Origin: Candidatus Woesearchaeota archaeon
GTDB taxonomy: Archaea; Nanobdellota; Nanobdellia; Woesearchaeales; GW2011-AR9
NCBI GenBank assembly: GCA_018303445.1
Contig: JAGVYE010000046.1
Span: 1 to 51,201, forward strand
DNA length: 51,201 nucleotides
Direction of reading: 5' to 3'
Shown one piece after another: positions 9,388-18,127 of the stretch (positions within the stretch are counted from its first letter, which is position 1; every line of letters starts with the position of its first letter). The position numbers and the translations under genes are program-made. Under the pieces are notes generated by a model. It made no database searches. It saw only the letters and a program-made list of their open reading frames with translations, and had not been told where the DNA came from.

Positions 9388-10662
9388 ATGAACATTTTTG
9401 TGGAAATCATCATCTGGATAGCTTATATATTATCGCTCTATTTCTCGGTGTTCTTTCTTTTGGTGTATCTTGATAAGAAAAAAATCTTAGATCATGAGAA
9501 GTCGACAACACTTCTCAGAAGCACTCCTTTTGTTTCCATTCTCGTTCCGGCCTACAATGAACAAGAGACGATTGAGCGTACCTTGGAATCACTGAACAAT
9601 CTTAAGTATCCAAAAGACAGAATGGAAGTTATCGTTGTCAATGATGGATCTTCAGACAGAACTGAAGAAATCGTCGAAGAATACAGAAAAGACAAGCCTC
9701 ATTTTCGCGTTATTTCACAGAAGAATAAGGGAAAAGCCGCCGCGTTAAACCGCGCTTTAGGTGTTGCTCGTGGAGAATATTTTGCTTGTCTTGATGCTGA
9801 TTCTTTTGTCGAGCCAGAGACGCTGCGGAAGATGTTAGCCATTTATGAAAAAGAAAACGATCAAAAATTAGCGATTGTTACTCCAGCGATGAAAGTTGAT
9901 GCGCCAAAAACCATATTGCAGAAAGTGCAGTGGTTGGAATACATTATCATTATTTTTATGGCCCGCCTCACAAGCCATCTTGATTCTTTGTATGTGGCGC
10001 CAGGACCTTTTTCATTGTATCAAACTAAGATCATCAAGAATCTGGGAGGATTTGATGAAAGTAATATTACTGAGGACCAAGAAATTGCCTATAGAGTACA
10101 GCAACATAATTACAAAATACGGCAATGTTTTGATGGTTATGTTTATACGACCGCACCGCGGGAGTTTAAACCATTTTATCATCAGCGAAGACGCTGGTAT
10201 CTTGGAAGTTTGATCTGTCTTCACAAGTACAAAAAGATGATTGCCAACAGAAAATACGGAGATTTTGGGATCTACCAACTGATCAAGAATGTTCTGGGTT
10301 TTTTCTTGGCCATTACCGGGATTACATTAGCTTTTTATTTTATCTTTATTCCGCTGTTAGAATGGATGCGTCAAATGGCGGTAGTTCATTTTAATATCTG
10401 GCCATATCTTTCTAATTTTACGTTAAAAATAGGGATGATAGACGTGCTTCTGGCGGATTTTAAGAAAGGGCTTATTATTACCTTTCTTTTTATGTTTAGC
10501 CTGCTCTTTTTTTATCTTGCTCATCGTAACGCCAGAGAACGAATCCATAAGTTTGGATGGATCCCTCTCCTGCCTTATTTTTTGTATTATTATCTGCTGA
10601 AGGGAGTCATCCTCCTCTTTTCTTTATGCCAATTTTCGCGCCGGAGGAAAATAAAATGGTAG
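9388..10662 (+). CDS. processive family-2 glycosyltransferase (PgaC/NodC/chitin- or cellulose-synthase-like polysaccharide synthase)
   Basis: SILVPAYNE, VVNDGSSDRT, CLDADS, ITEDQE and QRRRWYLG (QxxRW), plus N- and C-terminal TM helices. ATG 9388 is preceded by GAGGG. Confidence 0.85.
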   Translation: MNIFVEIIIWIAYILSLYFSVFFLLVYLDKKKILDHEKSTTLLRSTPFVSILVPAYNEQETIERTLESLNNLKYPKDRMEVIVVNDGSSDRTEEIVEEYRKDKPHFRVISQKNKGKAAALNRALGVARGEYFACLDADSFVEPETLRKMLAIYEKENDQKLAIVTPAMKVDAPKTILQKVQWLEYIIIIFMARLTSHLDSLYVAPGPFSLYQTKIIKNLGGFDESNITEDQEIAYRVQQHNYKIRQCFDGYVYTTAPREFKPFYHQRRRWYLGSLICLHKYKKMIANRKYGDFGIYQLIKNVLGFFLAITGITLAFYFIFIPLLEWMRQMAVVHFNIWPYLSNFTLKIGMIDVLLADFKKGLIITFLFMFSLLFFYLAHRNARERIHKFGWIPLLPYFLYYYLLKGVILLFSLCQFSRRRKIKW

Positions 10663-11345
10663 AGAGAAAAATTAGTGTAAGCAAATATGTTGCCTCGGGG
10701 ATCATTACGCTGTTGGTTTTTTCATTGGGATTAACGCTGGGATTAGTTATAGAAGATGAACGATACAATTTAATAGAGACGATTAACCAAAACCAGGATG
10801 CGAAGTTTAGAAGTGTTCAGCTTCAATATTTATTTTTAAATTCTTTTAAAGGAGAAAATAATTGCCCTATACTTTCGACAACGTTGAAAGATGCGGTGAG
10901 AGATCTCGATGACTCGTTGAGTAGAGTTATTGCGCAAGAAGAAGAGAAAAGATCTTCTTCAGAGAGAAAACTTCTTATTCAAAAATTATATGTTTTAGAT
11001 AACCTGCGATATTGGCTCTTAGCCATTCAAACAAAAGAACGATGCAATTTAAAAATTATCCCCATTCTTTATTTTTACACTGAGAAGTGTTCTTCCTGCC
11101 CAAATCAGGGGACAGTTCTGACCTATTTTAAGAAATTATTTGGAGAAAGAGTACTGGTATTCCCCATAAACTTAGATCTTAGAGAAGAAGAGTCCATGGT
11201 TGAAATTGTCAGAAATCAGTTCAATATTAGCAAAGTGCCGACGATTGTTCTGGATAATAAAAAATACGAAGGAGTTGTACAACGAGATACACTGCAAAAA
11301 ATTATTTGTGAAAAATTGCCTGATCTGGAACAATGCGCGTCATGA
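10656..11345 (+). CDS. membrane-anchored thioredoxin-fold protein (CSSC active site)
   Basis: One N-terminal TM helix. ILYFYTEKCSSCPNQ (CxxC after a beta-strand) and KVPTIVL (cis-Pro loop). ATG 10656 overlaps the upstream stop (ATGGTAG). Confidence 0.65.
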   Translation: MVERKISVSKYVASGIITLLVFSLGLTLGLVIEDERYNLIETINQNQDAKFRSVQLQYLFLNSFKGENNCPILSTTLKDAVRDLDDSLSRVIAQEEEKRSSSERKLLIQKLYVLDNLRYWLLAIQTKERCNLKIIPILYFYTEKCSSCPNQGTVLTYFKKLFGERVLVFPINLDLREEESMVEIVRNQFNISKVPTIVLDNKKYEGVVQRDTLQKIICEKLPDLEQCAS

Positions 11346-12793
11346 AAAAAATTTCAGCTTTCGGGAGTATTGTTCAGGAGCGGCCCTTATTATTTATCGT
11401 TGTGGGATCACTTCTGGTACGCTTATTATACCTTCTTTTAGACTGGCCGCTGTGGTGGGACTCTCATGTGTATATAGGCATGGGAAAATATATTTTTTCA
11501 CAAGGAGGAAGCGGAATTTGGGAAGTGTACAGGCCTTTGTTACATCCGATAATGTTGGGTGGTTTATGGAAAGTGGGGTTTAACCCTTTCATAATGGGAA
11601 AAATTTTGGATGTCCTTTTCTCGACTATTTCTATTTACTTGGTCTACCTTATCGGAAAGAAAATATTTGATGAGAAAATAGGCCTCGTTGGAGCGTTTAT
11701 TTTTAGTATAGACGCGATGTTTATTACGATCACGGGACTTATTCTGGCTGATCCCTTGGCGCTTTTTTTTGGTTTATTAGGGGTACTGTTCTTCCTTAAA
11801 GAAGATTGCAGATGGGCTGGCTTGGGAAGTGGCGTGTGCTTGGCATTCTCATTCTTAACGCGGTTTCCATATGGGATTTGGTTTGGATCAATGCTCATTA
11901 TTTTAGCTTTGCAAAAAGAAGGAGCGAGATCTAAAATAAAGAAAGGGCTCTTCCTTTGCCTGGGCTTCTTTATTCCTGTTGGGGCATTTTTATATTTTAA
12001 TTACCTCCGTTATGGAGATCCGCTTCTTCCCCTAACCACTGGTTCATGGATTATTACGACCGCAACATGGCTATATGGGTCGGGAATTTTCTTTTATTTC
12101 AAAGAGTTTTTTCTGGCGAACCCTGTTTATCTTTTCTTTTTCCCATCAGTATATTTTTTCTTCAAGGAACGATTATGGAAAGAAAATGGAGAAGGGGTTG
12201 TTTTTATTGTTCCTCTTTTAACACTTCTTTATTTTCTCTACGTCCCCAGAAAAGAAGTCCGGTATCTTTTAGTGGCCTTGCCTTTTTTTGCGTTAACCGC
12301 GGCCTATGGCCTGAGATTCACTTTATATTGGCTTAAAAATAAGACAAAACCAATTATCCTGTCACGGGCTTTTGTTGTCATTTGCGCCATTCTTATTCTT
12401 TTGCCTGTCCCAACAACATTAAATATCGAACGTGTGCCAATCTTCACTGAGAATATTAAAGTGGCGATAACGCAGTATAATGTCACGGGGTTAGTATTAT
12501 CTTCAAGCCCAGCATATGTTTCATTTTTAGATCATCCTTTAGCTACCCTTGACGGAATGACCTTTGCCCCTGAACGCTATGGGATGTTTCAAGGAAGATA
12601 TGCCATTCTCTTTGTTAATGATTGTGATTTAATATGTTCTGTTACCGACGGAGAGTGTAATGAAAGACGAGAACGCTTGTTAGGAAAGATAGAAAAGGAA
12701 AATAAGAGAATTTTCAGAGAAACTTATATCTTTGAAGATGCTAGCCTTAAGTGCAGATATTCAATGTATCTGCCAATGAAGGTGCGAAAATGA
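11342..12793 (+). CDS. polytopic GT-C-fold membrane glycosyltransferase (PMT_2/ArnT/STT3-like)
   Basis: More than 10 TM helices. WWDSHVYIGMG loop follows TM1, and there is a C-terminal soluble domain. ATGA overlap with the upstream gene; alternative ATG at 11333. Confidence 0.58.
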   Translation: MKKISAFGSIVQERPLLFIVVGSLLVRLLYLLLDWPLWWDSHVYIGMGKYIFSQGGSGIWEVYRPLLHPIMLGGLWKVGFNPFIMGKILDVLFSTISIYLVYLIGKKIFDEKIGLVGAFIFSIDAMFITITGLILADPLALFFGLLGVLFFLKEDCRWAGLGSGVCLAFSFLTRFPYGIWFGSMLIILALQKEGARSKIKKGLFLCLGFFIPVGAFLYFNYLRYGDPLLPLTTGSWIITTATWLYGSGIFFYFKEFFLANPVYLFFFPSVYFFFKERLWKENGEGVVFIVPLLTLLYFLYVPRKEVRYLLVALPFFALTAAYGLRFTLYWLKNKTKPIILSRAFVVICAILILLPVPTTLNIERVPIFTENIKVAITQYNVTGLVLSSSPAYVSFLDHPLATLDGMTFAPERYGMFQGRYAILFVNDCDLICSVTDGECNERRERLLGKIEKENKRIFRETYIFEDASLKCRYSMYLPMKVRK

Positions 12794-13644
12794 AGCTGGA
12801 AGACATTATAAGTTTGGCGCGAGTGCGGCAATGGTATAAGAATCTCGTCGTCTTTCTCGCCATCTTTTTCTCCGGTGGCTTAGTTCAAGTTAATTTATTG
12901 GCAACAATAATAACCGCTTTTATTTCTCTGTGTTTAATTTCTTCTGCTGGATATATTATTAATGATATCCTTGACGTGAAAAATGATAGAGAAAATCCTG
13001 AAAAAAGAAAGAGGCCTCTCGCCAGTGGAAGAATCAAGAAAGGACTAGCGCTTTTCTTAATGATAATATTAGTTGCCGGGGGATTCATTATCGCTGAAAC
13101 CATCACTATTTTTTTTCTTTACAGCACTTTTTTCCTGTTTCTGGCAACCTTGTTATATACTTTTGTTTTAAAAAAAATTATCTTTGCTGATGTACTGTCT
13201 ATTGCCGTCCTTTTCGTTCTTCGGGCCGTGGCGGGAGCTTTGGCCATTAAAGCCGTGATTTCGCCATGGCTTATTTTAGGGCCATTTTTTCTCTCTCTTT
13301 TTTTGTCTGTGGGAAAGAGGCACGCAGAGTTGTCTTTGCTTAAAGAAAAGTCACAAAGGTCACGAGAGGTCCTTAAAGATTATAACTTTAGCTTGACAAC
13401 ATCTTTAATGATCATTTCTACAACGTTACTGATTATTTCTTATGCTCTTTATTCTTTCTTAAGCGAATATAATTATCTAATTTACACTATTCCTTTTGCG
13501 TTGTTCGTGATTTTCCGCTTTTACTATCTCATTCAACAAGGATCTTTCATTGCCCGCCATCCAGAAGCTGTGATACAAGATCTTCCCATGGTGATAGGGA
13601 TGGGATTATTGGTTATGGCAACAGTGATGATTATTTATGGGTGA
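12790..13644 (+). CDS. UbiA-family prenyltransferase, decaprenyl-phosphate phosphoribosyltransferase (DPPR synthase)-like
   Basis: ARVRQWYKNLVVF, YIINDILDVKNDRENPEKRKRPLASG and LRAVAGALAI...GKRHAEL...LKDY parallel the RPRQWVKN / NDxxDxxxD / GKRYAEL motifs of Rv3806c-type enzymes. ATGA overlap with the upstream gene. Confidence 0.78.
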   Translation: MKLEDIISLARVRQWYKNLVVFLAIFFSGGLVQVNLLATIITAFISLCLISSAGYIINDILDVKNDRENPEKRKRPLASGRIKKGLALFLMIILVAGGFIIAETITIFFLYSTFFLFLATLLYTFVLKKIIFADVLSIAVLFVLRAVAGALAIKAVISPWLILGPFFLSLFLSVGKRHAELSLLKEKSQRSREVLKDYNFSLTTSLMIISTTLLIISYALYSFLSEYNYLIYTIPFALFVIFRFYYLIQQGSFIARHPEAVIQDLPMVIGMGLLVMATVMIIYG

Positions 13645-13685
13645 GAAGTTAATTCGGGAATGGTCAAAAATTTGTTATAAGAAGT

Positions 13686-14150
13686 TTATTTCCCTCTTTT
13701 CCTAACCTTAACAAAATCTCCTAACGTAAACGTGTCTGCTCGCTTAGAAGATTTATTTAGAGGTAAATCTATCGTATTTTTTTCAATTTTTTCTATGAGA
13801 TAAATTCCAAGTTTTTTCTCCAAGCGGCGGGCCGTGTCAATTCCCGGGGGCATGGTTCCTTGCTCCCATTTCTGGACAAGGGAGACGCGTTCGTTGAGAA
13901 ATTGGGCGAAGTCTTCCTGATTCAGATGACGACTTTCGCGTGCAGTCTTGAGGAGTGAAGCATAATCTAAAGTTACAGTAAATTCTGGTTCCTCAACTTT
14001 ACTAACTCTTTGTTGTGAAAATGCGACTAAAGAAGTTCTGGCTTTCACTTTCCCAAATTTAGCGCATTCAGCGCAGACGCTCATCTCGACGCTTTCAACT
14101 TCAACTGCAAGAAGGTGTTCTTCTCTGCCACAGAGTTCACAGACCGCCAT
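13686..14150 (-). CDS. mbf1: archaeal multiprotein-bridging factor 1 (aMBF1): zinc ribbon plus XRE-type HTH
   Basis: N-terminal CELCG...CAECAKFG zinc ribbon. HLNQEDFAQFLNERVSLVQKWEQG is a cro/C1-type HTH. Confidence 0.85.
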   Translation of the reverse strand: MAVCELCGREEHLLAVEVESVEMSVCAECAKFGKVKARTSLVAFSQQRVSKVEEPEFTVTLDYASLLKTARESRHLNQEDFAQFLNERVSLVQKWEQGTMPPGIDTARRLEKKLGIYLIEKIEKNTIDLPLNKSSKRADTFTLGDFVKVRKRGK

Positions 14151-14218
14151 GGATAAGTTCTAGAAAAAGAAGGAGTATTAAAATTTAATGGAATTTCTAA
14201 CGGATGAATCATAACAAA

Positions 14219-14230
14219 CTTTATATAAAG
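14219..14230. promoter_or_regulatory. palindromic TATA box upstream of aglB
   Basis: CTTTATATAAAG is centred about 30 nt upstream of ATG 14254, matching archaeal TATA-to-start spacing for a short or absent leader. Confidence 0.5.
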
Positions 14231-14253
14231 GACGCAGTTTAAGCCGAAAGAGG

Positions 14254-17076
14254 ATGGAAACGGGTGGGGAGGAAATAAAGAAACCTGAACAGAAGAAAGA
14301 AGAGGAAATTTCTCTCGATTTTAAACTCTGGAAAGAAAAAGGGAAAGCTTTTTTTCGTAAATTAAAGAATAAAGACCAGCAAGAAGCCACAGCGCCAGAA
14401 ACAATGTGGATCAAGAACAATATGAAGTGGCTGCTTCCCCTGATCTGTCTTCTGCTGGTCATTTCTGTTTCTAGTTATTTTCGTCTGATGCCGGTATGGC
14501 TGCCAATAACTGATGACTGGGCGACAAATAACGTTCATTCGTACTATGAGCAGCAAATTAAGAGGCAAGTAGAGCAGCAGTATCCAAACCTTCCTGAGAG
14601 AAATAAAGAAGTGATTGTAGCACGTGAGTTACAAAAGCAGTTGGAGCAAAATAAAGAAGTAGTAGCGCAGCAAATTGCCCAGACCTCAAAGCAGCTCAAA
14701 AATCAGCTGAAGAATGATGAAGGCGATACCTATCTTTTAGAAATCGATACATACCTGTGGTTTAGTGAAGCGCGGAATTATCTCCGACATGGACATTTAG
14801 GAGATAAAATTAATGAACAAGGACAGTCTGTTTATTCTTTGCGTAATGGGCGAATGGAGAAAGTTGTTAACAAGAACCTTAACCCTTATGTTGGAGCTTA
14901 TTTGTTTAAAATTCTCCATTTTTTTAACAGGAATATTTCTCTTCATGCCGCTTTCTTTCTCCTTCCCGTATTCTTGATCGGGCTGGCTCTTATTCCTACT
15001 TTCTTCATCGGAAGAAGAGTCGCGGGAAATGTGGGAGGATTTTTTGCAGCTTTATTTTTAGCGATTAATGGGCCCTTGTTAGGACGAACTCCAGCGGGAT
15101 TCTCCGATACTGATTCTTATAACGTTCTCTTACCGCTGCTAGTGGCGTGGTTTTATCTTGAAGCGATCTATGCGAAAAAGCTTTCACGGAAGATTCTTTT
15201 TGCTTCTCTCGCGGGGTTTTGTATCGGGTTATTTGCTGTAGCCTGGAGTGGTTGGAGCCATTTCTTTATGATTCTCAGCGTGGCCGTGGTGTTAACTTTA
15301 GTTGGAAAGCTTTTTCTTTCTTTGCACGAACATAAATATAAAATCAAAACTGCTGCAGTTTCATTTTTCAAAGGAGAATATCTGAAACAACAACTACTAA
15401 TGCTGGGAACGTTTATTCTCTCCTCAGGAATATTTGTTTCTTGGTTTCAGAGTTATGATATTTTCTCTGCCGTGGTCGCCAGGCCTCTCCGTTTTATCAC
15501 TATCAAACAAGTGGGGGTTAAAAACATTTGGCCAAATGTTTTGACGACTGTAGCAGAGTTTACCACGACTTCCTTTAATAATATCATTGACCAAATGGGA
15601 GGCAATTTACTCGCTCTTTTAGCCGTCATAGGGGTGCTTTTTACGGTAATGAAAAGGGAAAAAGAAGAGCAAAGGGATTTACTGTATTTTTTTCTCTTAA
15701 CGGTCTGGTTAGGAGCAACTGCCTATGCTTTTACAAAAGGGGTCCGTTTCTCAGTTCTGGCGGCAGCCCCTTTTTCTCTCGGTTTGGGAATTGCTTTAGG
15801 AACGATCTATCAAAAAGGAAGTTCCTGGATAAACAAACACATCCATGTGGAAAAAAGATTGTCAAGCGCGATCGTTTTGTTGCTACTATTAACACTTCTT
15901 ATAAGTCCTTTTTCCATCGCCCAAAGAGTTAGCAAAAGCCAATTACCACATTTTAACGATGCTTGGTACACAACGTTAATAAAAATTAGAGATGATACTC
16001 CAGATTCCATAATTACTTCCTGGTGGGATTTTGGACACTGGTTCCAGTCTATACCTGAAAGGAGGGTTACTTTTGATGGAGGGGATCAAGGAGATCGTAT
16101 TCATTGGGTGGGAAGAGCTCTTCTCACTGATAATGAAGCGGAAGCAATCGGAATTTTGCAGATGCTGAACTGCAGGCAGGAATTGGCTCCACATAAATTG
16201 GAAGAATATCTGAAAGATGACTTACTCTCTATCAAGACTGTCAAAGAGGCTATTCTTCTTCCTCGCGCTGAAGCAATGAAATTCTATAAGGGGAAAGGGT
16301 TAACTGATCTCCAAGTGAAGGAAATGATTGAATACACGCATTGTGAAAATCTTCTGCCAAATTATTTCATCACTTCGGAAGATATGGTCAGTAAGTCAGG
16401 AGTGTGGGGGCATTTCGGAGCTTGGGATTTTGCAAAAGCAGCAATGTATCAAAGGACAAGAAATCTTCCTACTTCAGAAGCAGTTTCTTACCTTAAAGAA
16501 AATTTTGATCTCACAGAACAAGAAGCTGCCCAATTACATGCAGAAATAAAAACGGCGAATGCGGATAAATGGATTGCTCCCTGGCCAGGATATATCAGCC
16601 CCTTCCGTTCCTGTTCAAAAATAGATGATACGAAGGCTCGATGTCTGCTTTCCCTTCAAGACGGGCAATTAGCATTTATAGTTGATACGGAAACATACGA
16701 CGTGAAACTTGAAGGCAATGAAGAGGTTAAACCAAATTCCATAGTCTATGTGACTAAAGATGGAGTGAAAGAAAGAAAATTTGAGGAAAAGAAGGTAGGG
16801 TTTTCAATTCTCTTTGCCCCACAGGAGGATGAATATAAAGCCATGCTGGCTGATCCGTTGCAAGTTGGAGGGATGTTTACACGCTTATTCTTTTTAGATG
16901 GACATGGACTGAAGTGCTTCCAGCGTTTTGACGAACGAAGAGATTTTACAGGACTGAAAATAGTGACTTGGAAGGTGGATCACAAATGTGTGCAGGATAA
17001 TAAAGTGTATGTGTTCGGGAGAGAAAACACTACAGAAGAAAATATAGAAAGTGAAACGAATAGTTCTCTCAATTAA
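14254..17076 (+). CDS. aglB: archaeal oligosaccharyltransferase AglB (STT3 family)
   Basis: SWWDFGHWFQS (WWDxG catalytic motif), EIDTYLWFSEAR first-loop acidic motif, 13-ish TM N-terminal domain and a large C-terminal soluble domain. 940 aa. Confidence 0.9.
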   Translation: METGGEEIKKPEQKKEEEISLDFKLWKEKGKAFFRKLKNKDQQEATAPETMWIKNNMKWLLPLICLLLVISVSSYFRLMPVWLPITDDWATNNVHSYYEQQIKRQVEQQYPNLPERNKEVIVARELQKQLEQNKEVVAQQIAQTSKQLKNQLKNDEGDTYLLEIDTYLWFSEARNYLRHGHLGDKINEQGQSVYSLRNGRMEKVVNKNLNPYVGAYLFKILHFFNRNISLHAAFFLLPVFLIGLALIPTFFIGRRVAGNVGGFFAALFLAINGPLLGRTPAGFSDTDSYNVLLPLLVAWFYLEAIYAKKLSRKILFASLAGFCIGLFAVAWSGWSHFFMILSVAVVLTLVGKLFLSLHEHKYKIKTAAVSFFKGEYLKQQLLMLGTFILSSGIFVSWFQSYDIFSAVVARPLRFITIKQVGVKNIWPNVLTTVAEFTTTSFNNIIDQMGGNLLALLAVIGVLFTVMKREKEEQRDLLYFFLLTVWLGATAYAFTKGVRFSVLAAAPFSLGLGIALGTIYQKGSSWINKHIHVEKRLSSAIVLLLLLTLLISPFSIAQRVSKSQLPHFNDAWYTTLIKIRDDTPDSIITSWWDFGHWFQSIPERRVTFDGGDQGDRIHWVGRALLTDNEAEAIGILQMLNCRQELAPHKLEEYLKDDLLSIKTVKEAILLPRAEAMKFYKGKGLTDLQVKEMIEYTHCENLLPNYFITSEDMVSKSGVWGHFGAWDFAKAAMYQRTRNLPTSEAVSYLKENFDLTEQEAAQLHAEIKTANADKWIAPWPGYISPFRSCSKIDDTKARCLLSLQDGQLAFIVDTETYDVKLEGNEEVKPNSIVYVTKDGVKERKFEEKKVGFSILFAPQEDEYKAMLADPLQVGGMFTRLFFLDGHGLKCFQRFDERRDFTGLKIVTWKVDHKCVQDNKVYVFGRENTTEENIESETNSSLN

Positions 17077-17106
17077 TATAAAACTACGTTTTCTTCTTCC
17101 ATAACC

Positions 17107-17115
17107 ATTATAAAG
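17107..17115 (+). promoter_or_regulatory. TATA-like box upstream of GT2 gene
   Basis: ATTATAAAG lies about 27 nt upstream of ATG 17139. Confidence 0.4.
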
Positions 17116-17138
17116 CTCTTTTTAGCGTCTACTAATCT

Positions 17139-17789
17139 ATGGATTATATTGTCATTCCCGCGTATAACGAAGGGAAAAAATTAGGTGAAGTGATACGGAA
17201 AGCGCAAGAATGTGGGGAGAATATTGTCGTCGTCGATGACGGAAGTAGTGATGATACTTTCCAACAGGCAAAGCAGTGTGGGGTAACGGTTCTTAAGCAT
17301 CTTGTGAATATGGGCAAAGGCGCGGCATTAAAAACGGGATGCGATTTTGCTTATAAACAGGGGGCAGAAAGGTACGTTGTTTTAGACAGTGATGGACAGC
17401 ATGATCCAAAAGAAATTCCCAGATTCTTTAAAGAATTAGAAAAACAGGATATCGTTTTTGGTTATCGGCAACTGTCACCAACTATGCCCCTCGTGTTAAA
17501 GTTCGGTAATTGGTTTATCAACAGAACGCTGGCAACATTGTTTCATATCGATTTACAAGATAGTCAATCTGGATATAGAGCTTTTACACGAAAGGCTTAT
17601 GAACAAATACGCTGGGAAGCGACTGATTATTATATGGAAACAGAGATGATCATTAAAGCCGGAAGAAAGAAGCTTCTTTATACACAAATTCCTATTGAAA
17701 CCATTTACGGGGATAAATATAAAGGAACAACAGTTTTAGATGGGGTAAAAATTGTCGTGAAAATGCTTGGAAGCAAGGTGTTAAAATGA
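17139..17789 (+). CDS. family-2 glycosyltransferase (polyprenyl/dolichyl-phosphate sugar synthase-like)
   Basis: IVIPAYNEGKKLGEVI, VVVDDGSSDDT, VLDSDGQHDP and QSGYRAF are typical of DPM1/GtrB-type GT2 enzymes. Confidence 0.85.
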   Translation: MDYIVIPAYNEGKKLGEVIRKAQECGENIVVVDDGSSDDTFQQAKQCGVTVLKHLVNMGKGAALKTGCDFAYKQGAERYVVLDSDGQHDPKEIPRFFKELEKQDIVFGYRQLSPTMPLVLKFGNWFINRTLATLFHIDLQDSQSGYRAFTRKAYEQIRWEATDYYMETEMIIKAGRKKLLYTQIPIETIYGDKYKGTTVLDGVKIVVKMLGSKVLK

Positions 17790-18127
17790 CAACGACGTTC
17801 TGGATTCAATTTTTGGGAGTTATTTTTGGTTCAGCGATGGTTTATTTTACGTTTGTTAAGTATAAGCGAAAAGAATTAAGTAAATTGGAGATGTCCATTT
17901 GGATGACAGGATGGATTGTTCTAATAGTTATCGCCATACTTCCTTTCGCTCTGGATCCGATCATTGCGCCATTAAACTTTTACCGCCGCTTAGATTTCTT
18001 TGTGGTCTTTGGTTTCTTTGTACTGCTTGGTTTTAGCTTCTACAATTACAGCACGTTGCGAAAAATAGAGAGGAAAGTAGAGAAGATCGTACGTCGGGAA
18101 GCATTAGAGAATATAAAAGAAAAATGA
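17786..18127 (+). CDS. small 3-4 TM membrane protein (DUF2304-like GT2 partner)
   Basis: 113 aa and hydrophobic. ATGA overlaps on both sides. Position directly after a GtrB-like GT2 matches the usual DUF2304 context. Confidence 0.55.
   Translation: MTTTFWIQFLGVIFGSAMVYFTFVKYKRKELSKLEMSIWMTGWIVLIVIAILPFALDPIIAPLNFYRRLDFFVVFGFFVLLGFSFYNYSTLRKIERKVEKIVRREALENIKEK

Noticed and set aside
11200-11583. 127-aa plus-strand ORF that spans the junction of two genes in another frame. Similar cases: 9896-10213, 10012-10278, 12046-12336 and 22607-22810.
   Set aside because: These are out-of-frame overlaps with CDSs that carry recognisable motifs or consistent TM architecture. They have no independent support.
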